A stretch of 44,859 nt of DNA. Origin: a phage. The stretch lies in sequence record PX290280.1. The stretch is one strand, 5' to 3'. Position numbers and translations under genes: made by a program. The notes under the pieces are model-generated. The model searched no databases and had not been told where the DNA came from. It saw nothing but the letters and a program-made list of their open reading frames with translations. This document shows positions 25,756 through 36,366 of the stretch, in pieces; the first letter of the stretch is position 1; each line of letters starts with the position of its first letter.

Positions 25756-28157
25756 TGGAAGTACAAGGTTCATTAGGTAGACAAATCCAAGGGATTAGCC
25801 AGCAGCCGCCAGCGGTACGCTTGGATGGTCAGTGCACAGCTATGGTTAATATGATACCTGATGTAGTGAATGGTACTCAATCACGCATGGGTACAACTCA
25901 TATTGCAAAGATACTTGATGCGGGGACTGATGACATGGCTACTCATCATTATCGCAGAGGTGATGGTGATGAAGAGTATTTCTTCACGTTGAAGAAAGGA
26001 CAAGTTCCTGAGATATTTGATAAGTATGGGCGCAAATGTAATGTGACTTCACAAGATGCACCTATGACCTACCTCTCTGAGGTTGTTAATCCAAGGGAAG
26101 ATGTGCAATTCATGACGATAGCTGATGTTACTTTCATGCTTAATCGTAGGAAAGTAGTTAAAGCTAGTAACAGGAAGTCACCTAAAGTTGGAAACAAAGC
26201 CATTGTGTTTTGTGCGTATGGTCAATATGGTACATCTTATTCCATTGTAATTAATGGGACCAACGCTGCTAGTTTTAAAACACCGGATGGTGGAAGTGCA
26301 GACCATGTTGAACAAATTCGAACTGAACGTATCACTTCTGAATTGTACGCTAAGTTGCAGCAATGGAGCGGTGTGAGTGACTATGAAATACAAAGAGACG
26401 GTACTAGTATATTTATCGAGAGACGGGATGGTGCTAGCTTTACAATAACAACCACCGATGGTGCAAAAGGTAAGGACTTAGTGGCTATCAAGAATAAAGT
26501 TAGCTCTACTGACCTACTCCCTTCTCGTGCGCCTGCTGGTTATAAAGTACAAGTGTGGCCTACTGGCAGCAAACCTGAGTCTCGTTACTGGCTGCAAGCT
26601 GAGCCTAAAGAGGGAAACCTTGTGTCTTGGAAAGAAACAATAGCTGCTGATGTATTACTTGGGTTTGATAAAGGCACAATGCCTTACATTATTGAACGTA
26701 CAGGTATCATCGACGGCATAGCTCAATTCAAGATAAGACAAGGTGATTGGGAAGATCGTAAAGTAGGGGATGACTTGACTAACCCTATGCCTTCTTTTAT
26801 TGATGAGGAAGTACCCCAGACAATAGGTGGAATGTTCATGGTGCAGAACCGCCTATGCTTTACAGCAGGTGAAGCGGTTATTGCTTCTCGTACATCATAC
26901 TTCTTCGATTTCTTTCGTTATACGGTTATCTCTGCATTGGCAACTGACCCATTTGATATTTTCTCAGATGCTAGTGAAGTCTACCAGCTAAAACATGCAG
27001 TGACCTTAGATGGCGCTACCGTGTTGTTCTCTGATAAGTCACAATTCATACTGCCAGGCGATAAGCCTTTAGAGAAGTCAAATGCACTGCTTAAGCCTGT
27101 TACAACATTTGAAGTGAACAATAAGGTGAAGCCAGTAGTAACTGGTGAATCGGTAATGTTTGCCACTAATGATGGTTCTTACTCTGGTGTACGAGAGTTC
27201 TATACAGACTCTTATAGTGACACTAAGAAGGCACAAGCAATCACAAGTCATGTGAATAAGCTTATCGAAGGTAACATTATCAACATGGCAGCAAGCACCA
27301 ATGTCAACAGGTTACTTGTCACTACCGATAAGTATCGTAACATAATCTACTGCTACGATTGGTTATGGCAAGGAACAGACCGTGTACAATCAGCATGGCA
27401 TGTATGGAAGTGGCCTATAGGTACAAAGGTGCGAGGTATGTTTTATTCTGGCGAATTACTTTACCTGCTCCTTGAGAGAGGCAATGGTGTCTATCTGGAG
27501 AAGATGGATATGGGTGATGCATTAACCTATGGTTTAAATGATCGCATCCGAATGGATAGACAGGCAGAGTTAATCTTCCAGCATTTCAAAGCAGAAGATG
27601 AATGGGTATCTGAACCGCTCCCTTGGGTTCCTACTAACCCAGAACTTTTAGATTGCATCTTAATCGAGGGTTGGGATTCATATATTGGTGGTTCTTTCCT
27701 ATTCAAATACAACCCCGGTGATAACACCTTGTCTACAACCTTTGATATGCATGATGATAGCCACGTAAAAGCGAAGGTTATTGTTGGTCAGATTTACCCT
27801 CAAGAGTTTGAACCAACACCTGTAGTTATCAGAGATAGGCAAGACCGTGTATCCTATATTGATGTACCTGTTGTGGGATTAGTTCACCTTAATCTTGATA
27901 TGTATCCTGATTTCTCCGTGGAGGTTAAGAATGTGAAGAGTGGTAAAGTACGCAGGGTGCTAGCGTCAAACCGTATAGGTGGTGCTCTCAACAATACAGT
28001 AGGTTATGTTGAACCAAGAGAAGGTGTCTTCAGATTCCCACTGAGAGCTAAGAGTACGGATGCTGTTTATCGTATTATTGTAGAATCACCTCACACATTC
28101 CAGCTTCGTGATATTGAGTGGGAAGGGAGCTACAATCCAACCAAAAGGAGGGTCTAA
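25755..28157 (+). CDS. Tail tubular protein B (gp12-like)
   Basis: 800 aa; start overlaps the previous stop (TAATG); synteny. Confidence 0.65.
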   Translation: MEVQGSLGRQIQGISQQPPAVRLDGQCTAMVNMIPDVVNGTQSRMGTTHIAKILDAGTDDMATHHYRRGDGDEEYFFTLKKGQVPEIFDKYGRKCNVTSQDAPMTYLSEVVNPREDVQFMTIADVTFMLNRRKVVKASNRKSPKVGNKAIVFCAYGQYGTSYSIVINGTNAASFKTPDGGSADHVEQIRTERITSELYAKLQQWSGVSDYEIQRDGTSIFIERRDGASFTITTTDGAKGKDLVAIKNKVSSTDLLPSRAPAGYKVQVWPTGSKPESRYWLQAEPKEGNLVSWKETIAADVLLGFDKGTMPYIIERTGIIDGIAQFKIRQGDWEDRKVGDDLTNPMPSFIDEEVPQTIGGMFMVQNRLCFTAGEAVIASRTSYFFDFFRYTVISALATDPFDIFSDASEVYQLKHAVTLDGATVLFSDKSQFILPGDKPLEKSNALLKPVTTFEVNNKVKPVVTGESVMFATNDGSYSGVREFYTDSYSDTKKAQAITSHVNKLIEGNIINMAASTNVNRLLVTTDKYRNIIYCYDWLWQGTDRVQSAWHVWKWPIGTKVRGMFYSGELLYLLLERGNGVYLEKMDMGDALTYGLNDRIRMDRQAELIFQHFKAEDEWVSEPLPWVPTNPELLDCILIEGWDSYIGGSFLFKYNPGDNTLSTTFDMHDDSHVKAKVIVGQIYPQEFEPTPVVIRDRQDRVSYIDVPVVGLVHLNLDMYPDFSVEVKNVKSGKVRRVLASNRIGGALNNTVGYVEPREGVFRFPLRAKSTDAVYRIIVESPHTFQLRDIEWEGSYNPTKRRV

Positions 28158-28879
28158 TGGCTATAGGTTCAGCCGTTATGGCTGGTATGTCTTCTATTGG
28201 TAGCATGTTTGCAGGCAGTGGTGCAGCAGCCGCTGCTGGAGGTGCTGCCGCAGGTGGCGGAGGTTTGCTAGGTTCACTAGGTGGATTCCTAAGTGGCTCT
28301 ACTGCTGGTTTCTCTAATGCTGGCCTTCTTGGTGCTGGCCTTCAAGGGTTAGGATTGATTGGTGATCTATTTGGTGGAAGTGATGAAGCCAAAGCTATGA
28401 AGAAAGCTCAAGAGGAGCAATGGCGGCAGCAACTTATTGCTACACAAGAAGCATACAAAACAGTAGCAGATGCAGAACGCTCTGCTGCTAAACAGTACCA
28501 TGCAGACGCAATAAGCAATCAGGCTTCACTACTGCAGCAGAGAGCACAGGTTGCATTGCTTGCTGGTGCTGCTGGTACTGGTGGCAACTCTGTGTCTTCT
28601 ATGCTGAATGACTTAGCAGCAGAAGGCGGAAGGAACCAGAGTACAATTATTGATAACTATGAGAATCAGAAGATTAATTTCACCAACCAGCTTAAGTCCA
28701 TCCAACGGGGTGGTCAGATGCAGATACGTGAGTTTAAGAAACCTTCTGCCGTGAGCACCTTGGTGCAAGGTATACCAAGTCTGGCATCTGCCTATGTAAC
28801 AGGTAGTAAGTCCGGCATGGCTTTAGGTAAAGCTTTAACTGATTCTCGTACATATTCATCTGGAACAAGAGGTATTTAA
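28157..28879 (+). CDS. Internal virion protein (Gly/Ala-rich)
   Basis: Start overlaps the previous stop; GAAAGGGG-rich N-terminal region. Confidence 0.6.
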   Translation: MAIGSAVMAGMSSIGSMFAGSGAAAAAGGAAAGGGGLLGSLGGFLSGSTAGFSNAGLLGAGLQGLGLIGDLFGGSDEAKAMKKAQEEQWRQQLIATQEAYKTVADAERSAAKQYHADAISNQASLLQQRAQVALLAGAAGTGGNSVSSMLNDLAAEGGRNQSTIIDNYENQKINFTNQLKSIQRGGQMQIREFKKPSAVSTLVQGIPSLASAYVTGSKSGMALGKALTDSRTYSSGTRGI

Positions 28880-31827
28880 TGGCAATTGAGCGACAAGCAG
28901 TACAAGGTCTGCCACAAGTGCAGGCCACTTCTCCTAATGTCATGACCTTTGCACCTCAGCGAGTTGGAGGTGTGGAGGCTGGCGTAGCTTCTACCTCCGG
29001 TAGTCGATTTATCGAAGACCTTATTCGAGCAGCCAGTAGTGTAGCTGATGTAACCACTGGTATCCTTAATCAAAAGATTGAGGAAGATAAGGTTGTTCAA
29101 ATGGAACGGGCATATAACGGATTAATGCCTTCTGAGGATGCAACTCGTGGTGGCGCTCGTGCTAACATGCTTGTCAAAGCTCAACTGCTAGCTAATGATG
29201 AAGCAGCACGAATGAAAGACATGGCTACTCGTTTCCAAGGAACGGATGACGAGTGGACACAACTTATGGTTGACTCTCGTAATGAGATGCAGAATAAGCT
29301 GTTCCAGCAATACCCTGAGTTGCAAGGTGACAAAGATACTATGCGTATGGTCACTAATGTCTTCCAAGAACAGCAGCCTCAGATTTGGGCTACACGAACC
29401 CAGCATAAACTTGACCGTGAACAAGCAGACCGTGAGGATACCTTTGACGGGCGAGTGGCTTCTACTTGGGATTCTAATATTGACCCTGAAGCCTCTGGCT
29501 ATGCTTTACAGGAACGAATCCGCGAAGGTCTTACTCAAGGATTACTACCTGAACAGATGCACAAGAAGTTAGTCCAGCGAGCAATTTCACTTGCACAAGG
29601 CGGTGATGTTAGCATGGCTGAAGCCCTGAAGTATGTGAAGGACGATAAGGGTGTTTCTGTTTATGCTAAGAATCCACAGCTTATCACAGCCATCACTAGT
29701 GGTAATGCAGTTTGGGCTAGGAATAATGTAGCTGATGTAACTCGTATGTCTTTCGAAGTTAAAGAATCCTACCTTGCAGGTGATTTAACTGATGAAGAAT
29801 TGTTGGAACGAGCACAGCACATTAATAATCTGACAGGTAACTCTGTCTTCTCTAATCCAGAGCTAGAGGCACTGATGCGCCAACGGGCTAAGCAGAATGC
29901 AGAGCTAGGTGCAATGCAGGATATGCGACGTGAGCTTTACTCCGACCGCCTGACTGGCTTCCAAGGTAAGACTGATAAAGAGAAGAAGGCTTACATTGAT
30001 GTTATCAAACAGGATAGCCAACTTTATGCAGACCAGCAAATCAAACAACGTGGCTTGGACCCTTACAGTCAAGAGGCTGAAGCTATTCGTGGTGCAGTGG
30101 AAGTGCAGCGCCTGCAATTCATGAACTCCAAAGGCTTAGTGGATGATACCTTTGAGTCTCGTATCAAAGCCATGGAATCTATGCTATCGCCTGAGCACTT
30201 TGCCAAGGGCGAACCACAGGAGTTGATGACTATTCGCCAGTTGTGGGAACAGTTGCCAGAAGAGAGCCGAGGTGTCTTTGGTGACACGGTGAATGGCTAC
30301 ATGGATAACTACAACACTGCACTACAAATGGGAGAGACACCTTTGCAGGCTGCAAGGTTTGCGCGTGAAGCACAGCAGAAATTCTCTCGTACTGAGAAGG
30401 AAACCAAGAAGTTCAACTCAGCTATTGGAGATGCACTGGATGAGGTATCCGGTGCTGGCTGGTTTGATGGTAAAACCGAAGTGTCAGACTTAGGTAAAGC
30501 TATTGCGGAAGAAGAGTTACGAGCTAAGGCCAATATGTTGTGGTCTAGTGGTATGCGTAACATGGATTCTATCAAGAAGGCTTTAATTACTTGGGGCAAT
30601 AAACGCTACACTCAAACAGAGGATGCAAAGACTTCCGGTGGCTATTTCATTAAAGGTGATTACACTTCTGCATCTGATATGCTTATGTCAGTTGGGAAAG
30701 GCGTAAACCCTACCGATGTACCTCTGGCGCTTGGTAGGTATGTAGAAACACAGATGCCAGAATTGAAGAAGGAGCTTCAAGAGTGGGAAACTAAAGATGA
30801 TATATACATTGATTACAATGAACAGAAAGGAACTTTTGTGATTCGTGCTGGTGCAGCAGGTCGCCCTCTTTCTGGAGTAATCCCTGTAACCTCTTTAGAT
30901 ACTGCTTCACTACTAGATTCTGCCTATCAGAAGAAAGTAGAGGAACGAGATAAAGGCGAGTATGTCCACCCGTATCGTACAGATATTGGTGCACAAGAGC
31001 CTATGCCAGCTAAACCAACTGCCAAAGATATTGGTAAATTTGGACTAGCTAACTTCCTCATGTCTTCTGCTTTTGCTTCTGGTGAGAATCTGCCTTCTAA
31101 CTTCGAGATTAACTATCGAGGTAATATGCAACAATTCTATGACAAGCTAGCTATGGATGAGAATAAAGATAAAGTTGGCTTTAATAAGGCAACTGGAACC
31201 TTTACTCCATATAAAGACGCTCGCGGTGAGTCTATCGGTTACGGTCATTTCTTAACGGAAGAAGAGAAGCGAAACGGGTATATTAAGATTGGTGATGAAC
31301 TAGTTCCCTATCGAGGGTCTATGTCTCAGCTTACAGAGAGCAAGGCTCGCGCTCTTATGGAGCAAGATGCTAAGAAGCATGTGCCTCCTACTCGTGACTG
31401 GAAGATTCCGTTTGACCAGATGCATCCTGCACAGCAACGTGGCTTGATGGATTTAACCTACAATTTAGGTAAAGGTGGAATCCAGAACTCACCGCGTGCT
31501 CTTGCTGCATTCAAAGCTGGTAAGCTTACGGAAGGCTTTATCGAAATGCTGGGCACTGCATCAAGTGAAGGTAAGCGTATTCCTGGCCTACTGAAGCGAC
31601 GCGCTGAGGCATACAATATGGCATCTGCTGGTGGTGTGCCTAAGATTACCGAAGTGGAGACTCGTGAAGATGGCTCCATGTGGGTTAGGTTTGGTGGACC
31701 TATGCCAGCAGGTTCTGTCTCGGCATGGACTCATAAACGTATTGGCGCGGATGGTTGGTATCAGGTTTATGAGGCTGCACCTACCAAGTTAGCTAAAGGT
31801 TCTAAGGTAGGTAAAGTTAAGTTGTAG
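28879..31827 (+). CDS. Internal virion protein with a C-terminal lysozyme-like domain
   Basis: 982 aa; the segment YKDARGESIGYGHFLT ... LMDLTYNLGKGG parallels T4 lysozyme (YKDTEGYYTIGIGHLLT ... INMVFQMGETG) as recalled. Confidence 0.7.
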   Translation: MAIERQAVQGLPQVQATSPNVMTFAPQRVGGVEAGVASTSGSRFIEDLIRAASSVADVTTGILNQKIEEDKVVQMERAYNGLMPSEDATRGGARANMLVKAQLLANDEAARMKDMATRFQGTDDEWTQLMVDSRNEMQNKLFQQYPELQGDKDTMRMVTNVFQEQQPQIWATRTQHKLDREQADREDTFDGRVASTWDSNIDPEASGYALQERIREGLTQGLLPEQMHKKLVQRAISLAQGGDVSMAEALKYVKDDKGVSVYAKNPQLITAITSGNAVWARNNVADVTRMSFEVKESYLAGDLTDEELLERAQHINNLTGNSVFSNPELEALMRQRAKQNAELGAMQDMRRELYSDRLTGFQGKTDKEKKAYIDVIKQDSQLYADQQIKQRGLDPYSQEAEAIRGAVEVQRLQFMNSKGLVDDTFESRIKAMESMLSPEHFAKGEPQELMTIRQLWEQLPEESRGVFGDTVNGYMDNYNTALQMGETPLQAARFAREAQQKFSRTEKETKKFNSAIGDALDEVSGAGWFDGKTEVSDLGKAIAEEELRAKANMLWSSGMRNMDSIKKALITWGNKRYTQTEDAKTSGGYFIKGDYTSASDMLMSVGKGVNPTDVPLALGRYVETQMPELKKELQEWETKDDIYIDYNEQKGTFVIRAGAAGRPLSGVIPVTSLDTASLLDSAYQKKVEERDKGEYVHPYRTDIGAQEPMPAKPTAKDIGKFGLANFLMSSAFASGENLPSNFEINYRGNMQQFYDKLAMDENKDKVGFNKATGTFTPYKDARGESIGYGHFLTEEEKRNGYIKIGDELVPYRGSMSQLTESKARALMEQDAKKHVPPTRDWKIPFDQMHPAQQRGLMDLTYNLGKGGIQNSPRALAAFKAGKLTEGFIEMLGTASSEGKRIPGLLKRRAEAYNMASAGGVPKITEVETREDGSMWVRFGGPMPAGSVSAWTHKRIGADGWYQVYEAAPTKLAKGSKVGKVKL

Positions 31828-31841
31828 TACCTAACTCAAGG

Positions 31842-31863
31842 CTTGTCTCACATGTGAGACAGG
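31842..31863. repeat. Extended palindrome hairpin (cttGTCTCACATGTGAGACagg)
   Basis: Perfect core plus flanks, followed by TCTTTAT; between two internal virion protein genes. Confidence 0.8.
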
Positions 31864-31891
31864 TCTTTATGATAGGCACTATGGAGGAATT

Positions 31892-34800
31892 ATGGAACAA
31901 GACATTAAGACTAATTGGGCTGGATATGTCCAGTCTACTCCTGAGCCGTTTTCTATTGAGGCGGCTCCGGTATCGGCTCCTACGATACGCCAGCGTAATG
32001 AGTTACAAGAGCAAGTTCTTGAAGCTAAAGCTGACGCTGATATTTTAGGTGCTGTAGGTGCTGCCTTCCAGAATGAGTGGTTGGCATTCGGAGGCAAGCG
32101 GTGGTATGATCGTGCCACTGCTGATTTCACACCTCAACCAGACTTTGAGATACAACCTGAGCAACGTGAAGCACTACGTTTCAAATATGGTACGGATATG
32201 ATGCAGACAATCACTGAGGGTGTTCGTTCTGAGGATGAATTGAACTTCCGTATTCAGAATGCTGATGAAGACCTTGAGCGCAATAAGCGCATTGCTCAGG
32301 CTGGCTGGGTTGGCTCTGTGGCGACGATTGGCGCTGCTGTGCTTGACCCTGTGGGATGGGTTGCCTCTATTCCAACCGGTGGTGCCGCTAAAGTTGGACT
32401 CGTAGGCCGTGCTGTGCGTGGCGCTATCGCCGCTGGCGTGAGTAATGCCGCTATTGAATCTGTATTGGTCCAAGGTGACATGACTCGTGATTTAGATGAC
32501 ATTATGGTAGCACTAGGTTCCGGCATGGCTATGGGTGGCGTTATTGGCGCTGTAGCGCGTGGTAGGGCCACTAAGCTCAGTGAGCAAGGGGATGACAGGG
32601 CTGCGAGCATTGTGCGCAGTGCAGACGCAGGGGACCGCTATGTGCGTGCTGTTGCTGATGATAGTATCGGTGCGATGCGTGTTAAGGGTGAAGAGGTACT
32701 CACGGAGGGTGCATTTGATGTCTCTAGCAAAGGTGAAGATTTGCTGAAAACCCTACAGCGGGAAGGTAATGCAATTGATATGACCCCTCGCCGCTGGGCC
32801 GGAACTCTGTCTGCCCTTGGTACTGTCGTACATTCCTCTCAGGATGCAAGTGTACGCGGCCTTGGTGCTCGCCTGTTTGAGTCCCCCCAAGGCTTAGGTA
32901 TGCAGAAGGCATCTGCTAGTCTCATGCAGAATACTAACTTGAACCGTCTGAAATCTGCTGATATGAATCGTTTCAACGATGGGTTCGATTTATGGCTCAA
33001 AGAGAATAATATCAACCCGGTTGCAGGTCATACTAACTCTCACTATGTGCAGCAATATAATGAGAAGGTATGGGAAGCTGTACGCATCGGTATGGATGAG
33101 TCTACGCCTAAGTCTATCCGTATGGCAGCAGAGGGGCAGCAAGCTATGTATCGTGAAGCATTAGCATTACGTCAACGCTCTGGTGAAGCTGGGTTTGAAA
33201 AGGTTAAAGCAGATGATAAGTACATGCCTGATATTTTTGACAGTATGAAGGCTCGTCGTCAATTCAGTATGCACGATAAAGAGGACATCATTGAGTTATT
33301 CTCTCGTGCATACCAGAATGGTTCTCGTAAGGTTCCAAAGGAAGTGGCTGATGATATTGCACGAGCACAAGTAAACCGCGTTGCTGATGCCACCTTGACC
33401 GGACAGCTTAGCTTTGAAAAGGCTATGTCTGGTCAAACCAAAGCAGAATATGAAGCACTCATGCGCAAAGCAGGCTTTAGTGATGAAGAGATTGAAAAGA
33501 TGGTAGAAGCTCTGGATAATAAAGAAACCAGAGATAATATCTCTAACCGAGCTAAGATGAGTTTAGGCTTAGATGTTACTCAAGAGTACAATGGTATTCG
33601 TATGCGTGACTTTATGAACACTAACGTGGAAGAGTTAACAGATAACTACATGAAGGAAGCGGCAGGTGGTGCTGCCTTGGCTCGTCAAGGTTTCTCTACC
33701 TATCAGGCTGCACTTAATGCAATTGATCTTGTAGAGCGAAATGCACGAAATGCAGCTAAAGATACAAAAGCACACGCACAATTTGAAGCGGAGTCGGCTA
33801 AGATCCGTCAATCAGAGCCTGATTACAAGAAGGCACAAGAGAAGATTGAAGAGTTAAAGAAGCGACTTAAATTGAAAGAGAAAGATGAAGCAGCAGGTCT
33901 GGCTATTGATGAAGAAATCCGTCAGATGCGAGAGGGGCTTCGCTTGATTATGGGTAAATCTATCGATTCAAACCCACAAGATTTGTCTACTAAAATGCTG
34001 CGTCGTGGGCGTGACATTACAGGCGTACTTCGCTTAGGTCAGATGGGCTTCGCACAGCTAGGTGAACTTGCTAACTTCATGGGTGAGTTTGGCATTGCTG
34101 CCACCACTATGGCTTTAGGTAAGCAATTCCGCTTCACCTCTAAGGCGTTGCGTAATGGCGATGGCTTCTTTCGAGATAAGAATTTAGCTGAGGTTGAGCG
34201 AATGGTAGGTTACATTGGTGAAGACAACTGGCTAACAACTAAGGGTGCGCGTCCAGATGAGTTTGGTGATGTAACCACAGTGCGAGGTATGATGGCCCAT
34301 TTTGACCAGTCCATGAACTCTATACGACGTGCTCAGACAAACCTATCCCTCTTCCGCATGGCACAGGGTTCTCTGGAGCGAATGACCAATAGGCAAATAG
34401 CTTTGTCTTTCATTGACCACCTTGAAGGCAAGAAGATTATTCCTCAGAAGAAACTGGAGGAACTTGGTCTTACTCAGGAGTTCATGACTAACCTACAGAA
34501 GCACTATGATGCTAACTCTAAAGGTTCTGGCTTGCTTGGCTTTGATACAATGCCTTATGCCATGGGTGAAACTTTAGCTAATGCTATTCGTCGTAAGTCA
34601 GGTCTAATTATCCAACGTAACTTCATTGGTGATGAAGGTATCTGGATGAACAAAGCACTAGGTAAGACATTTGCACAGCTTAAGTCATTCTCTCTTGTAT
34701 CTGGTGAGAAGCAATTTGGTCGAGGGATTCGCCACGATAAAATTGGTCTTGCTAAGAAGACAGCTTACGGTTTTGCTTTGGGTTCAATAGTGTATGCGGC

Positions 34801-35200
34801 AAAAGCCTATGTGAACTCTATTGGTCGAGAAGACCAAGATGAATATTTGGAAGAGAAGTTATCGCCTAAAGGGTTGGCCTTTGGTGCAATGGGTATGATG
34901 AGTACAACTGCTGTATTTAGTCTAGGTGGAGATTTCTTAGGTGGCCTAGGTGTTCTACCTTCTGAGTTAGTACAATCCCGTTATGAGGCTGGCTTTCAGA
35001 CTAAGGGTTTGATAGACCAAATACCACTAGTAGGTGTTGGTCAAGATGCATATCGTTTAGCAGATTCTATAACTAAATACGCAGAGGGTGATACAGAAGG
35101 TGTAGATGTGGCACGTAGGGCTTTACGCTTAGTGCCTCTAGCTAATGTAATAGGAATCCAGAACGCATTGCGTTATGGCTTAGATGAACTGGAGGATTAA
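31892..35200 (+). CDS. Large internal virion (core/ejection) protein
   Basis: 1102 aa; GGAGG ribosome-binding site; synteny with T7 gp16-class proteins. Confidence 0.65.
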   Translation: MEQDIKTNWAGYVQSTPEPFSIEAAPVSAPTIRQRNELQEQVLEAKADADILGAVGAAFQNEWLAFGGKRWYDRATADFTPQPDFEIQPEQREALRFKYGTDMMQTITEGVRSEDELNFRIQNADEDLERNKRIAQAGWVGSVATIGAAVLDPVGWVASIPTGGAAKVGLVGRAVRGAIAAGVSNAAIESVLVQGDMTRDLDDIMVALGSGMAMGGVIGAVARGRATKLSEQGDDRAASIVRSADAGDRYVRAVADDSIGAMRVKGEEVLTEGAFDVSSKGEDLLKTLQREGNAIDMTPRRWAGTLSALGTVVHSSQDASVRGLGARLFESPQGLGMQKASASLMQNTNLNRLKSADMNRFNDGFDLWLKENNINPVAGHTNSHYVQQYNEKVWEAVRIGMDESTPKSIRMAAEGQQAMYREALALRQRSGEAGFEKVKADDKYMPDIFDSMKARRQFSMHDKEDIIELFSRAYQNGSRKVPKEVADDIARAQVNRVADATLTGQLSFEKAMSGQTKAEYEALMRKAGFSDEEIEKMVEALDNKETRDNISNRAKMSLGLDVTQEYNGIRMRDFMNTNVEELTDNYMKEAAGGAALARQGFSTYQAALNAIDLVERNARNAAKDTKAHAQFEAESAKIRQSEPDYKKAQEKIEELKKRLKLKEKDEAAGLAIDEEIRQMREGLRLIMGKSIDSNPQDLSTKMLRRGRDITGVLRLGQMGFAQLGELANFMGEFGIAATTMALGKQFRFTSKALRNGDGFFRDKNLAEVERMVGYIGEDNWLTTKGARPDEFGDVTTVRGMMAHFDQSMNSIRRAQTNLSLFRMAQGSLERMTNRQIALSFIDHLEGKKIIPQKKLEELGLTQEFMTNLQKHYDANSKGSGLLGFDTMPYAMGETLANAIRRKSGLIIQRNFIGDEGIWMNKALGKTFAQLKSFSLVSGEKQFGRGIRHDKIGLAKKTAYGFALGSIVYAAKAYVNSIGREDQDEYLEEKLSPKGLAFGAMGMMSTTAVFSLGGDFLGGLGVLPSELVQSRYEAGFQTKGLIDQIPLVGVGQDAYRLADSITKYAEGDTEGVDVARRALRLVPLANVIGIQNALRYGLDELED

Positions 35201-36162
35201 TGAGTTATACTTTCACAGAACATATAGCCAACGGTACGCAAGTAACCTATCCCTTTAGCTTTGCTGGTAGGGATAAAGGTTATCTTCGTGCCTCAGATGT
35301 GATAGTGGAGTCTCTTCAAGGTAACACTTGGATTGAGGTTACATCTGGCTGGCAACTAACTGGCACGCACCAGATTACTTTTGATGTAGCACCAGTTGCA
35401 GGTTTGAAGTTCCGTATTCGAAGGGAAGTACAAAAGGAGTATCCATACGCTGAGTTTGACCGTGGTGTTACCTTGGATATGAAGTCTTTAAATGGTTCTT
35501 TCATTCATATACTGGAGATTACACAGGAGTTACTTGACGGGTTTTATCCAGAAGGATACTTCATTAAACAGAATGTAAGCTGGGGCGGCAATAAGATTAC
35601 TGATTTGGCTGATGGCACAAATCCTGGAGATGCAGTAAATAAAGGGCAGCTTGATGCCATCGACAAGAAGCATACAGATTGGAACGCCAAACAGGACATT
35701 GAGATTGCTGGCCTTAAGGCTGGTATGACTTCTGGTATTGCGCACAGAACTGTTCCTTGGTACACGATAGCCCAAGGTGGTGAGATTTCCGTAAAACCAC
35801 CTTATGAATTTCAAGATGCACTAGTTTTCCTTAATGGGGTATTGCAGCACCAAATTGTAGGCGCATACTCTATAAGCAACAACACTATCACTTTCGCAGA
35901 GCCGCTTGTGGCGGGTACAGAGGTGTATGTGCTGATTGGTAGTCGTGTGGCTACATCTGAACCTAATATTCAGTTAGAGTTGAACTTTGACTTAGTAGAA
36001 GGCCAACAAGTAGTACAGATTGGCTCTGCATTTAAGTACATTGAGGTCTACCTTGATGGATTATTACAACCTAAACTTGCTTATCAGGTAGACGGTGACA
36101 TTGTTACTTTCTCAGAAAGAGTACCAGAATGCCGGATGACTGCTAAGATTATCACAGCATAA
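35200..36162 (+). CDS. Tailspike adaptor protein (equivalent to the T7 gp17 N-terminal domain)
   Basis: 320 aa and located where T7 gene 17 sits; the two tailspikes are encoded separately at the genome end, as in SP6/K1-5-type phages. Confidence 0.65.
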   Translation: MSYTFTEHIANGTQVTYPFSFAGRDKGYLRASDVIVESLQGNTWIEVTSGWQLTGTHQITFDVAPVAGLKFRIRREVQKEYPYAEFDRGVTLDMKSLNGSFIHILEITQELLDGFYPEGYFIKQNVSWGGNKITDLADGTNPGDAVNKGQLDAIDKKHTDWNAKQDIEIAGLKAGMTSGIAHRTVPWYTIAQGGEISVKPPYEFQDALVFLNGVLQHQIVGAYSISNNTITFAEPLVAGTEVYVLIGSRVATSEPNIQLELNFDLVEGQQVVQIGSAFKYIEVYLDGLLQPKLAYQVDGDIVTFSERVPECRMTAKIITA

Positions 36163-36171
36163 GGAGGTGGG

Positions 36172-36366
36172 ATGATTAACTCCGAACTGGTAGATAGTGG
36201 TGTGAAGCTTGCGCCACCTGCACTCGTATCAGGTGGGTACTTCCTCGGTATCAGTTGGGATAATTGGGTGTTAATAGCAACATTCATTTATACCGTGTTG
36301 CAAATTGGGGACTGGTTTTATAATAAGTTCAAGATTTGGAGGGAGAAGCGTGAGCGTACACAATAA
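36172..36366 (+). CDS. Holin (T7 gp17.5-like)
   Basis: 64 aa; NWVLIATFIYTVLQIG parallels the T7 holin segment EWFYVAAIAYTVVQIG as recalled; AAGGAGG ribosome-binding site. Confidence 0.7.
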   Translation: MINSELVDSGVKLAPPALVSGGYFLGISWDNWVLIATFIYTVLQIGDWFYNKFKIWREKRERTQ

